Part shown: in pieces, positions 49,532-61,897 of the stretch | Position numbering within the stretch: the first letter of the stretch is position 1 | Layout of the letters: every line of letters begins with the position of its first letter | Assembly: GCF_006345805.1 (NCBI RefSeq) | Contig: NC_043003.1 | Span: forward strand, 86,986,001 to 87,050,000 | Direction of reading: 5' to 3' | Source of the DNA: Octopus sinensis | Taxonomy: Eukaryota | DNA length: 64,000 nt | Program-made: the position numbers and the translations under genes | The notes under the pieces: generated by a model | Databases searched by the model: none | Told to the model about the DNA's origin: nothing | Seen by the model: only the letters and a program-made list of their open reading frames with translations

Positions 49532-49685
49532 TGGACTCGCGTTTTTGTGCACAGCGATGTTGTTAAACCTCCGTTAACAGCACCATATGAAGGTCCTTTC
49601 CGTTTTCTTTCATTATAGATCTTTCACTATAATGGTCGTAAAGACACTATATCAGTGGATAGACTAAAAAAAGGCCTTCATACAG
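49532..49685 (+). pseudogene. Ty3/Gypsy integrase C-terminal (GPY/F) remnant
   Basis: RVFVHSDVVKPPLTAPYEGPF...NGRKDTISVDRLK. Confidence 0.75.
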
Positions 49686-49874
49686 AAAACTGTTCCTGTT
49701 CCGATTGCAGATGACACGCACACACACAGCATTACAAATACGGCCCGCTTACCCATCTTCACATTCCATGACTACCATTCGGATCGATCAGGTACCAGAT
49801 AAGGGTTCTGGATTATTTCTCTGTTTTGGTGGGTTTTTTTACTTAATTTTTGAGAGCAATCGAGTTCATTTTTG

Positions 49875-50990
49875 CCAGGTGACTGGGTGCGGTGCGTTGG
49901 AGGTTCGCCTCGGAGAGGCGGCCAAAGCGGGGCTAAGTTCAGCAGCTCCTTTGAGAGATGAAGAAGTGGTGCTTCTACCCGCATACCTTGGAAGGCGTGC
50001 TTTCAGAGTTGGGATGGAGGGTGTGCCACCCGAAGTTGATATGGCCTGAGTGGCAGCTGCTGTGCTGCTCGGAGGCGAGGAGGAGATGGCGGTCCTCCAG
50101 GCCGTAGGGACGGAGAGTGCAGGTTGGAAGGGTCGAACCCTGGACATGATCATTCGGGGGTCAACGGAGCGTTTGGAAGACTTGACAGAGACTATCATAA
50201 TGTTGAGAGCCAAGGTGGTATAAGTGTGGCCTAAAAGGTCACATTAGAGCAGACTACCCTTCGCCACCCAAGAGAGTGTAGGAGGAACCCAAGGATGAGC
50301 CGGCGAGGAAGGGGAGGCTTTGCCATCAGCAGCAGTGAGGGAAAAGGAGGAGGGTGAGATGTGGAGAACAGTGGGTGGATGAAGCCAATGGAGGGGAAGA
50401 GGCAGGTCATACGGATTTGGACCCCAACCTACACCCACCCACACCTCTGTCCCGTTCGCCCCCTACAGACGCCAAACCTGTCCGCTCCCCTTCGACACAA
50501 AAACAAAAAGGAGGAGCTCTCTCACACAGGAACCCCCAAACTTCCCCTCCGCCGGCAAGGGAAGGGGGTTGCTTTGCATTGATGTGTGATGGTGTGAACG
50601 GAGAACTGGGCATAGAAGTAACGTCGTAGAAAAACCTAGTGATTGTGGATACCGATGAGTACGATAATATAGAGGGATGGCATGAATGCTTTTTGTTGTC
50701 TGAGGAACAAAAGGCAAAAGTAGAAAAATTAAAATATGGATACACTTGCTGGAAGGTGAACATTGACAGAAATGAGTTGCCAGAGTGTGTAGATTATATG
50801 GACCTTATAGAGGAACATAAAATTGACGTACTCGAAGGAACAGGGTTCAAGTAGCTTCATTACATTTTCATTTTCATTTTTTCATTTAATTTTACTCGTA
50901 CGTTCTTGTTTTTTTCTTTCCTCTGTTTTGGTCCCCACATGTATTGTATTCTCCTGTCTATGTTTACCCCTTGTGGGGAATAAAAAAATT
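49875..50990 (+). mobile_element. ORF1-only Tx1/L1-like element, copy 1 (decayed)
   Basis: YLGRRAFRV...PPEVDMA*VAAAVLLG, degenerate zinc knuckle WYKCGLKGHIRADYP (50216-50260), Pro-rich linker, ~80-aa C-terminal domain, T-rich UTR and AATAAA tail. Confidence 0.6.
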
Positions 50991-51164
50991 AAGGACGTTG
51001 GTGTTGCCTTGGCGAAGGTTTGCGCTCTCTGAGTGCTCGTTTTCTATGTGATTTCATTCACATCTCAGACATAGTATATGAATATATTATGTTAATGTAA
51101 ACTGACTCCAGTATTTGACAGCTATTCTATTTAGTTGAATGTGTTTTTTAGTATTGTTGTTGTT

Positions 51165-52030
51165 AAGGCAGAATCGATAGATCGCCGGACAAAATGCCAA
51201 CTAGCATTTCATCTGTCTTTATGTTCTGAATTCAAATTCCACCGAAGTCAACTTTGCCTTTTATTATTTTGAGGTTGGTAAAATAAGTACTAGTCTAGTA
51301 CTGAGATTGATGATGTAACCGACGAACCCCAACTCGAAATCTGCTGGCCCTGTGTCAAAATTTGAAACCATTATTACTACTGTTGTTAAGACGGTGAGCT
51401 GGAAGAATTGGTAGCCCGCCCGACAAAATGCTAAGCAGTTCTTCTGCTGTCTTTATGCTCTGATTTCAAATACCATCAAGATTGTCCATTCAGTTGTGCA
51501 CTGGGGTTGATGCAATCGACCAGATCCATTCCCCCAAATTTCAGTCCATGTGCCTTTAGTAGAAAGAATTATTAGTATTGTTAAGAAGACAGCGAGTTGA
51601 CAGAACCATCAGCGCGTCGAACAAAATTCTTAGTGACATTTCTTCCAGCTCTTTACGTCCTGATTTCAAGCCCTGCTGAAGTCAGATTTGCTTTCCCTCT
51701 TTCGGGGTCGATAAAATAAAGTAGTTGTTGAGTACATGGGTCGATGTAATTGACTGCGCCATCTCTCTCTAGAGTTGCTATCCTTTTCCCGAAATTTAAA
51801 GCAATTATTTTCTTGGTTTTTTAAACCGGTGAGGTGGCGGAATATTTAATCCGTTGAACAAAATGTTTAGCGATACATCTTCTGGTTCTTTATGTTCTGA
51901 GTTCAAATTTCGCCGAGGTCGACTTTGCCTTTCATCCTTCGGAGTCTCTAAAATATGTAACAGTTGAGAACTAGTGTTGCTGTAATCCATTTAACACCTT
52001 CCCTTAAAAATTGCTGACTTTGTACCAAAA
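51165..52030 (+). mobile_element. Cluster of four old, diverged SINE A copies (old tail type)
   Basis: Repeated degenerate heads with TTCAAAT B boxes and GGCCTTGTGCC-like tails. Confidence 0.65.
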
Positions 52031-52830
52031 ATAAAAAAGAATTATTATTACCATTGTTGTTTGTGTTCTCTAACCTCAATGCAACTCTGAGTACGCCTGT
52101 AAAATGGAAGACATTCTAACAGTGATTATTACATTATAGGACTACATTATCAATTGGGCTCTTTCTTTAATGATTCAAATTTCTTTTAAGACGGCTAAAG
52201 TGTTACTGCAAGGAAATTTGCTTGCAACTGCGAACTAACAGATTTCCTTCACTCGAACTCCGTTTACGCTGAAGATAGTCCGAATTCATAAAATATAAAC
52301 TATATGAAGAAGACAAAGTGTCAAACCAGATTCGTGAGTCATTGAATAAATGAGTTTTGTTAAGTAACAGAATTAGAAAGAACTTAGTCATAACAGTTAT
52401 AATAAGTTCTATAATTGCTTACGCAGAGAGTCAGCAGAAACAAGTAAGGCTACAAGTTTTAGACTTTTTTTGACAACCATTTATGAATTTTAAAGTAGAC
52501 CAACAAGTTATCAAAGAAAATTATTTGTAAATATTTTGAAATGTAGGTGTTGGTTGTAACAAAGTAAATCTCCCCTCCTCCGTCCATTAACTTCCTTTTA
52601 AAAGTAGAAAAAGAAAAAACTAAAGCTTTAGTATTCGTGTGTGTGTATATAGTTGTGTGAAGGTGCGTGACCTAATGGTTAGGTTGTAGCAATCAGGATC
52701 GTAAGATTATTATGTTTCGACTCCAGTCCACTCAGCTGTAAACGAACACCAAAAATAATTGGAAAGTTAAACCTGCTACGAACCGGTATGCAAACTGGAT
52801 TAAACTCCGCCTTATAAGTTATAAAGCTTA

Positions 52831-53235
52831 GGGCGGCGAGCTGGCAGAAACGTTAGCGCGTCGGCGAAATGTTTCGCGGCATTTCGGCTGCCGTTACGTT
52901 GTGAGTTCAACTTCCGCCGAGGTCGACTTTGCCTTTCACCCTTTCGGGGTCGATAAATTAAGTACAAGTTACGCACTGGGGTCGATGTAATCGACTTAAT
53001 ACCTATGTCTGTCCTTGTTTGTCCCCTCTATGTTTAGCCCCTTGTGGGTAATAAAGAAATAGGTATTTCGTTTGTCGTAACGTTCTGAGTTCAAATTCCG
53101 CTGAGGTCGACTTTGTCTTTCATCCTTTCGGGGTCGATAAATAAAGTAGCAGTTTCGCACTGGGATCGATATAATCGACTTAATCCCTTTGTCTGTCCCC
53201 CCTATGTTTAGCCCCTTGAGGGTAGTAAAGAAATA
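52831..53235 (+). mobile_element. SINE A dimer
   Basis: Same junction GAAATAGGTATTTCG at 53062. Confidence 0.85.
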
Positions 53236-53251
53236 TATAAGTTATTATATA

Positions 53252-53289
<38 letters not shown>

Positions 53290-53751
53290 AAGCTTATGAA
53301 CGACCAGCGGCTAAGACTTGTGTGTGTGTGTGTAAGAGTCAGAGAGAGAAAATAACGAGAGAGATTTCCGGGCGTCCTGAGACTGGTGAAATATATACTG
53401 TTAATATTGTTTAGCTACATCTCAAGTTAGCCTTAAGTAGATTCATGGGTCAAAAATAAGCTATCCATTATCATCTTGGCATTTTCTGATATTTTACGTT
53501 TTGAGTCAGAATCCCTCCGAGGTCAGCTTTGCCGTTCATATTTTCGGGGCGTTATATCCTTATGGATAAACGAATACACTGCAACAGTGTAATAAAAATA
53601 TAATCAAAACAAACGGCAGTAACAACATATAACGTAACAACAATCTTTCAAGGACCAACAATCCAACACTGTAAACTTTGAGCTCCAACTGTGAACTTTG
53701 AACTCCAACTTTAAACTTTCAATGCACGAACTGTAGAACTAATTCAAACTT

Positions 53752-55400
53752 ATTCCTTTATTGCCTACACGAGGCTAACATAGAGGGGGCAATACAAGGA
53801 TAGACAAAAACACAAAAGTGGGGACAAAAAAAATTCGAATGAAAAAGACGAATTAAATAATGAAAGGAAAAATGAAATGAAGCCACTCGATCACAAATCC
53901 AGGCGACTTCATTTATCTTTGTTAAACGCTATTCATTTATCTTTGTTAAACGCTATTCATTTATCTTTGTTAAACGCCATTCAGTCCCACTGCGTGGCAT
54001 CTTGGGCAAGTGTCTTCTGCTATAACCCCGGGCCGACCAATGCCTTGTGAGTGGATTTGGTAGACGGAAACTGAAAGAAGCCTGTCGTATATGTATATGT
54101 ATATATGTGTGTGTATGTGTTTGTCCCCCTAGCATTGCTTGTCAACCGATGCTGGTGTGTTTACGTCCCCGTCACTTAGCGGTTCGGCAAAAGAGACCGA
54201 TAGAATAAGTACTGGGCTTACAAAGAATAAGTCCCGGGGTCGATTTGCTCGACTAAAGGCGGTGCTCCAGCATGGCCGCAGTCAAATGACTGAAACAAGT
54301 AAAAAGAGCAAAAAAAAAAGAGCTATAATTTACTTTAAAACACTTTTAAACCTAATTAACCACATAGAATCTTTATATTAAAATCTTTAAGAAGTTCGTT
54401 GTAACCTATCTTTCTTAATATACACCTGGTATTGATTTTCTTTTGCCAATGAAAAACATTGTTCCCGTATTCTTCCAGTCTTGATGTGTATTTGGGGTCC
54501 ACTATCACACAATCATAGTGCGAGGGCAACTCCCCACACTCTACAGTGATTGCCTTTATCCACTCATCCCAACTGTCTACCTCCTTAGATGGCTTAGCAT
54601 ATTTTGCTTTGTAAATCACAGGCTGGGGGTTGGGAAATTTGGGGCTCTTGTGTGCTTGTGGTTAATTTGTCAGTGTCAGGTGGGGTAGGGTGAGGGTTGG
54701 TGTTTGCAAGAGAAGAGTGGGACAAAGTGGGTCTGGGTGGGAGTCGGATGGGAGCGAGATAGGGGTTATCATTCACAGATTGTGCCTCCTTCCTCCTCTT
54801 TCTGCTTCTCTTTCTAGCCGTTTCCCATCCATTCTTTTTTAGTTTGGTTTCTACTTCATCTTTGGGACTAATACCAGTGGTTCTCGCAGGTGCTGGAAGT
54901 GCAGTTTCCTTTAACTTCTCCGGAACCTCTTGGGTCCTTACGGGCTGTAGAGGACAATCCGTGTAATGTGGCCTTCCAGGCTACATTTCTAGCAGCGGGG
55001 AGTCCTGCCTTCGACTTTAACCCCGAGTATTACATCGACTGTAATGATCTCCACCATAATTTACAGGTCTCTCGGGGCTGCCTAGATTACCATATCCAGG
55101 CACTGCCTATGCCAATTTTCTATGTGCAGTGCTGGTGGTTTGGAGGACCACTAGATTGCTTAGCATGTTTTGCATCTTTTCTTCCATGCCCAGCAGTATA
55201 GCAGCTACTAGCCAGGCCACATCTATTTCCGGAGGGTATGTCTTCTACCCTTACCCTGGAAGCACGCCTTCCAAGGTATATGGTCAGAGTACAACCTCAT
55301 CAGTTTTTAAGTGGGTTACCGAGAGTAGCCTGGCAGTAGTTTCAATCTCGGAACCGCACTTCCACCGTTCCAGACTTTCTTCCTCTGGCAACGTAAGTAA
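53752..55400 (-). mobile_element. ORF1-only Tx1/L1-like element, copy 2, interrupted by SINE B (53980-54325)
   Basis: Homologous to 49875-50990 (shared ATACCTTGGAAGGCGTGCT). Zinc knuckle C*KCSLEGHIT-DCP at ~54951-54994, similar C-terminal domain, and same UTR/tail at 53752-53900. Confidence 0.6.
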
Positions 55401-55769
55401 TTCCCTACTAGATGGGTTTTAATGCCTTTATAAAGTAAGCTGTTAAAAGTAACAGGCATGTTTTGGTATTATTAGACCTCTTCGGCAAAGAAGATTCTCT
55501 TTAAAAGGCAAAACTGAACGTGATCAATAACAATAATCGTTTATTGTTATTTATCCCAAGGTTGACGGATGATGAATATCACAAGGAGAAATATATGAAA
55601 ATTTGCAGAGGTTTATGTAGAATAAGTAGAAAAAAAAGCAGTAAACATGAAAAGCAACAAAAGGAATTTGATGAGACGTTTCAATATGGTGGGGGTGGAA
55701 AGTACTTAGAGATAATCAAGGAATCCCACATTACGGGCCGGGATTCCTCACCTCTTGCAACTGTCGCCT

Positions 55770-55885
55770 GTAGCCTACACGTGTATACTCAGAGTAAGTC
55801 CAGTCAAACAGGCCATACTCACCATTTACCCACTTCTCAATGCAGTTATTAAAGTGCAGTATCTTCCTTTCCACCCTTAATGACT
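55770..55885 (-). pseudogene. Possible C-terminus of a Tx1-type ORF2
   Basis: RVERKILHFNNCIEKWVN resembles the R-x-E/D-R...F...W end motif of Tx1 ORF2. Short, and judged by eye only. Confidence 0.3.
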
Positions 55886-56859
55886 ATAACAATAAAAATG
55901 GTTTCTAACATAAAAGGTTTCAGCATAAAGACAAGAGCAAAGACGAATTGAATGCCGAATTTAGATGAAGAGAGACCTTTCACTATTTTGCTTCTAAAAC
56001 TCTACCCATCCTTCATCCTTATTATTAGAATTATGTATGCACTTTGGTCAGAGGCCCCTAGATTTTCAGGCAGTATGCTTGCCAAGCCTATAGGTAAATC
56101 CTGTATTTGACTGGTGTTTATTGAATGAATCCATTTCTTGTATTGTCACATAGATACTAATATATCAGAGAATGGTAGATTCAGACGATTGAATCGGCCT
56201 TGGCAATTTTTTATCGTCAAATAAGAGGAAAGAATAAAAAGTGAAGACAGACATGAGATTTATGCAAGAATAGACAACATAAAAATAATAAATTCTAACG
56301 TTAGTACAATGTTTGATGAAGAATATAATTGATTTGACTCAAAACAATTTCAGAAGAGTGAAAGGGAAAGTCTGTCCCGCGAATTTTAATCCAAAACATA
56401 TATGGCCATAATGAAACATTGATTTCGAATTTAGTCACAAAACCAAGAATTTCTGAGAAGTAAGTCGATGAAATCGACCCCAGTATCCAACTGGTATTTA
56501 TTTTATCGACCCCGAAGGATGAAAGGTAAAGTCGACCTCGGTGGAATTTAAACTCAGAAAGACGGATGAAATGCCGCTAAGCATTTTTCCTGGTGTCCTA
56601 ACGATTCTGCCAGCTCACAGCCGTAAAACCATGATGAAATACTGCGAAATATTTAATCCAATACTCTTTTACTCTTTTACTTGTTTCAGTCATTTAACTG
56701 TAGCCATGCTGGAGCACCGCCTTTAGTCGAGCAAATCGACCCCAGGACTAATTCTTTGTAAGCCTAGTACTTATTCTATCGGTCTCTTTTCCCGAACCGC
56801 TAAGTTACGGGGACGTAAACACACCAGCATCGGTTGTCAAGTGATGTTGGGGGGGACAA

Positions 56860-56890
<31 letters not shown>

Positions 56891-56891
<1 letters not shown>

Positions 56892-57398
56892 CTTCTATAT
56901 ATATAAAACTGTAGTTGTGTGAGTGTCTGTCTCCTACGATTTAGATTCCTAACTCTCCCACATTTTGCGGTGCAGCTTAACCAAATTCGGGTATCTTATA
57001 GTCGTGATTAATATCGAGCCCGTCTGGCTATTAGCGCGCGTCTACGATTTTAAAAATAATTTAACATCATTTTTTATTCCATTTTAATGCATAGTTTTTC
57101 GTGTGTCGATGGCGGCGGAGTTGGCGTCCACGCTCAAACACCTGCACCTGTGTTTGCTTCTCCCCCTTCTTCCCTCCCTCGTGAAGCTGTGGGGAAGGGA
57201 GTTTAAGGAAATCAACGTCGTAAAGCGTTGTCAAGGAGACCAGCGTTCTTTTAGAACAACGACTTCATGGCTTGAAGACACCAAAACAGAAATGGCTAAG
57301 AAAGCCCGAATTGGCATCTATGAAGGAAGTAACTCTCTAAAAATGCTTATATAGTTATTTCCCTTACAAATCCGAGCAACGCCGGGCGATACTGCTAG
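56891..57398 (+). mobile_element. Non-autonomous Helitron inserted in the microsatellite of a SINE B
   Basis: A|TC start, CCGAGCAACGCCGG hairpin, CTAG|T end. SINE B halves at 56665-56870 and 57428-57578. Confidence 0.85.
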
Positions 57399-57943
57399 TA
57401 TATATATATATATATATATACATATATACGACAGGCTTCTTTCAGTTTCCGTCTACCAAATCCACTCACAAGGCTTTGGTCGGCCAGGAGCTATAGTAGA
57501 AGACACTTGCCCAAGATGCCACGCAGTGGGACTGAACCCAGAACCATGTGGTTGGTAAGCAAGCGACTTACCACTCCTACGCCAATGTTCTATCGATTCT
57601 ACAATTCCATAGCTGTTTGGGTCACAATATTCTAAGTTTAGTGGATGGTAGACTTTACTTTTCATTCTTCCCAGCGGTGAAGTGGGGGAATGGGACGATA
57701 AAATACATTACCAGTTACAAACTAGGGTTGATGTGGTGTTTAGTCCTGTGGTTCCCTTGATTTTGCTGTTAAAATTTATGGGCAATAAATTGGTTATACC
57801 GCTACAATATACAATATGTTTTAACAATGTTTTATACAATTTTTTATAATATTAAATGATGAAAATACTATAGGATTTTTTAAAACAGAATTGGTTTGAA
57901 TGTCCGTCCGAATAAAACAAGAATTAAAGAGGCAAACAATGGT

Positions 57944-58358
57944 GGATCTTTTCGGTTTGAACGGCAGTTTTTTCTAGCGGTGTCATATGAAATTGTCACC
58001 CATAATTATCGATCTGTTGCATTTCAATCTGTTTTAGGGTTAGGGTTAGTTAGGGTTAGGGGTGGGGGGAAGGATATCTTTTTTCTTCACAAATGTAAAT
58101 AAACGCAATCTATTTCTTAAACGAGGGACATATTCATACGGCACAGAATGGTTTTTACCTTAATAGACTTCACTGATTGGTTGATATTGCAGAAATTGAA
58201 GGGAAAAAACAACAAATATCTTATAAAGTATAGAATTTTCTCAATAAAACCAAGAGAAAAAGATGTTATATAAACACATTCTACCAGTATACGAAGTTTA
58301 AAAGTGTTTAGTTACCTAGAAATTATGTTAAAAACTGCCGTTCAAACCGAAAAGATCC
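57944..58358. mobile_element. Merlin-like MITE containing TTAGGG repeats
   Basis: ~29-bp perfect TIRs GGATCTTTTCGGTTTGAACGGCAGTTTTT and an 8-bp TSD ACAATGGT/ACAAGGGT. Confidence 0.75.
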
Positions 58359-59685
58359 ACAAGGGTTGAGAACCACTTGTGTAGTCGATTAAATTAAAGC
58401 CCGTACTTGGCTTGTTCTTCTTTCATCGACACGGTCAAGAATAGCGACAATTTTGACAAGATTTTCGCTCAGAGAAAACAGCTACATAAGACATTAAAGT
58501 CCGGCATTCTACTCATTTTTTTAGCTTTGTAAAACAATATTAATGACATGTTGATCTATTTTTCTATAACTAAGTTGGCTCGTTTCCTATTTACTTTCTA
58601 CAATCTTTACGTACGTACGTGTTTGAGAGAAATTGTAAGAGAAAGGTTGTGTATGCGTATACGTGTGTGTGTGAATCTGTGTCTGTGTGTGAATGTGTCT
58701 GTGTGAGTGTGTTTGTGTGTGTGTATGCGCGCGCAAACACGAATGTATCTGTGTGTGTGAATAATGTGGACGGCACGAGACATCACGAGATATTACGCAG
58801 ATGTCAGAGAGCTCACGAATGGCGTATATGTCAACAAACAGAGACGAGTAGTTAGGTGACTTAATAACAGGATGCTATAGTTGGTAAGATGATGGCAATA
58901 TCACGCAAGGTATATGGTGAGCGTTAAATAAATAAGACGTAAGCTCTATAACGCTCGACACACATTTCTTTCATCGTCACAAAGCCCCAGGTATATTTTT
59001 AATGTGTGTTTTATGCCTTACTAATGGCTGCCGTTGTTATTGTTGATATTTAACCCTAAGGCAACCTTAATGAAGCAGACGTATGATCAAAGGTGTTTAT
59101 GCCGTCACCATTCTATTTTATTTAATTTTTTTTTATACGTGTGTAATTGTTATTTTCCCCTCTTATATAAAGGATGATCCAATGTGCACATTTTATTGAT
59201 GGTGATATCGTGATGTAAGGAAGATTTGACTGGTATTTCTAGCTGGTCAAGCAACTTCGTTTGGGTTCCCACGTTAATCTGATAGCTACAAGTTGATTAC
59301 TTCTGTAGAGTTATCATCAAACAATCGTAAATGTCCCATTAAGTCCTGAGTTCGAATACCGCCGGGGTTGACTCTCTGTTTGATCATTCTTTTGACAACT
59401 CTCTTAATCCCTTGGGGGTCTTTGGGACACTGCAGCCATGCAGCGTACCTAGGGCGAGAAAGCCTAATGGAGCCCATCCCTCTCCAGGTTAAACTCATTT
59501 CTACAGCTGAGTGGACTGGAGCAGCGTGAAATGAAGTGTTTTGCACCCTAACCACTAAGCGACGGGCCTCCACATCATTCTGGTGTCAATATAATGGCAT
59601 TCCTACACATGTATTCTCCTTCCGACTTTGTTTCCTCATAACTTCCAGAAAAATGGATATTTTTAATGAAATTTTCTACAAATAC

Positions 59686-60062
59686 GAGGAGTGGCTGTGT
59701 GGTAAGTAGCTTGCTTACCAGCCACATGGTCCTGGGTTCAGTCCCACTGCGTGGCGCCTTGAGCAACTGTCTTCTACTATAGCCGCGGGCCGACCAAAGC
59801 CTTGTGAGTGGATTTGGTAGACGGAAACTGAAAGAAGCCTGTCATATATATATGTATATGTTTGTGTGTGTGTGTGTTTGTCCCCCTACCATCGCATGAC
59901 AACTGATGTTGGTGGGTTTACGTTCCCGTAACTTAGCGGTTCGACACAAGAGACCGATAGAATAAGTACTAGGCTTACAAAGAATAAGTCGATTTGTTCG
60001 ACTAAAGTTGGTGCTCCAGCATGGCCGCGGTCAAATGACTGAAACAAGTAAAAGAATAAAAG
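59686..60062 (+). mobile_element. SINE B
   Basis: Homology to 9202-9616. Confidence 0.85.
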
Positions 60063-61051
60063 AAATACGCCTCAGATGGTGTAGATTCCAATTATATCAG
60101 AATTTGTTGTGCAAAAAAATGTTTCTATGAGTGGGAAGTGAAGTTTCGAAAAATTCACACGGTTTGGTTATGTTTCCTTAATTTTCAGAAAAATGAGTAT
60201 TTTTAAATGAAATTTTCTATAAATACTTTTCAGAGAGTGAAAATTATGATTATATTGGAATTTGAAAGGAAAAATAGTGAGCACACATACATACATATCT
60301 AATGAAGGATAAAATTTTTTTCGAAAAAAATATATTCTTTTTAAAAAAAAAATTTTTTTATCAATGGCGAGCATATCAAAAAATACCTTTAAAGGTTAAA
60401 TCTATGAACAATTCATAATTAAGGGCAAACGAAAAAAATTCTAATGCCAGATATGCCGAAAAATTGGACATATTGTCCATTAACCATATAATTTTTTCAC
60501 AATATGCACGCTACTCGAAAAAAGGCCGACAGAAATCTCTAAAACATTCCATTATTACCATATCGGACCGATTTCAGGGTTAGCTTATAACAGCCCTCCC
60601 TTCGTCAGTGATACATGTGGCAAAAGAAATAAATGAGATACTTATGGAAGAAGCGAACACTAAGTCATGAACACACATACATATCGATACACATCACAAT
60701 TTTTTTCGAAATTTCATGTTTCATTTTGTAATTATATGTGAATTGTATCAGTATGTATGTGTTCAAGCCAACCATATTCTTTCTTCATATTAAATTCCGA
60801 TATAATCATAATCTACACACTCTGAAAGGTATTTATAGAAAATTTCATTAAAAAAAATTATCCATTTTTATGAAAGTTATGTGTAAAGAAACCTGTGTCG
60901 TGTGAATTTTCCGAAGCAAAGTGAAGTGTTTTGCTCAAGAACACAACGCGTCGTCTGGTCCAGGAATCGAAACCACAACTTTATGATCGTAAGTCCAACA
61001 TCCTAACCGCTAAGTCACGCGCCTCTACATCATTCTAGTTTCAATAAAATA

Positions 61052-61235
61052 GCATTCCTATACATGTGTCCCCCCACCGGCTTTGTTTCCTCATAACTCA
61101 GAAAATTTCTTTTCACCATATATTCCGATATAATCGGAATCTACATCATTTTTGTAGAAAATTTCATTAAAAAATATTCACTTTTCTGAAAGTTTTGAGG
61201 AAACGAAGTCGGGGAGCACATATGTGCAGGAATGC
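61052..61235. mobile_element. MITE-like element (unclassified)
   Basis: Imperfect ~45-bp TIRs GCATTCCTATACATGTG...TTTGTTTCCTCA / TGAGGAAACGAA...ATATGTGCAGGAATGC. Related sequence at ~59570-59685 and 60070-60250. Confidence 0.45.
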
Positions 61236-61251
61236 CTATAAAATACCAGCG

Positions 61252-61351
61252 TTGTACGAGGTCAATGACTCTTAGCCTTCAGCTTTGTACGAGGTCAATG
61301 ACTCTTAGCCTTCAGCTTTGTACGAGGTCAATGACTCTTAGCCTTCAGCTT
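61252..61351. repeat. 33-bp minisatellite x3
   Basis: TACGAGGTCAATGACTCTTAGCCTTCAGCTTTG units at 61255, 61288 and 61321. Confidence 0.9.
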
Positions 61352-61897
61352 TTCGTAGCTCAGCACCCACTATTAATGAATGGCAGTTTACAAAAGACAT
61401 CACACCATATTTTGCACAAAAAATAAAAATCAGCACTTGTTTTATTCAAAAACAAACTAGTTTTGTGTAATGATGTTATTCCACCTCACTCAACATGTGC
61501 CTCGTTTTAAATATTTACTGGTCCCAGCGCCTCCTATATTACATTTTCATGGAAATGACCAAACAAGGCGAAGATTTATATGCTGAAATTAAATTTTTTT
61601 TTTCATTTCTACTATAGGTACAAGGTTTTGAAATTTTGGGAGGCATTACACGAACCCAGTGCTCGATTGTTACTTTATCTTATCGATCCTGCAAAAATGA
61701 AAGGCAACTGAGAAAACGAGCACATATGTCAATATTCCCCTTAAAATCCATGGATTTTGCAAATCATATTTGTAATATCCTATGAACGAGGACTTCAGCT
61801 AAAGCGTAGAGTTTGTGGAAGCTTATGTAGCTATACATTAACGAATTTCCATCCAAAAGCTCTTATTACTATACACACACACACACACACTCTGAAT

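Noticed and set aside
58034-58061. Chromosome end or telomere fusion
   Set aside because: Only about four repeats, enclosed within MITE TIRs.
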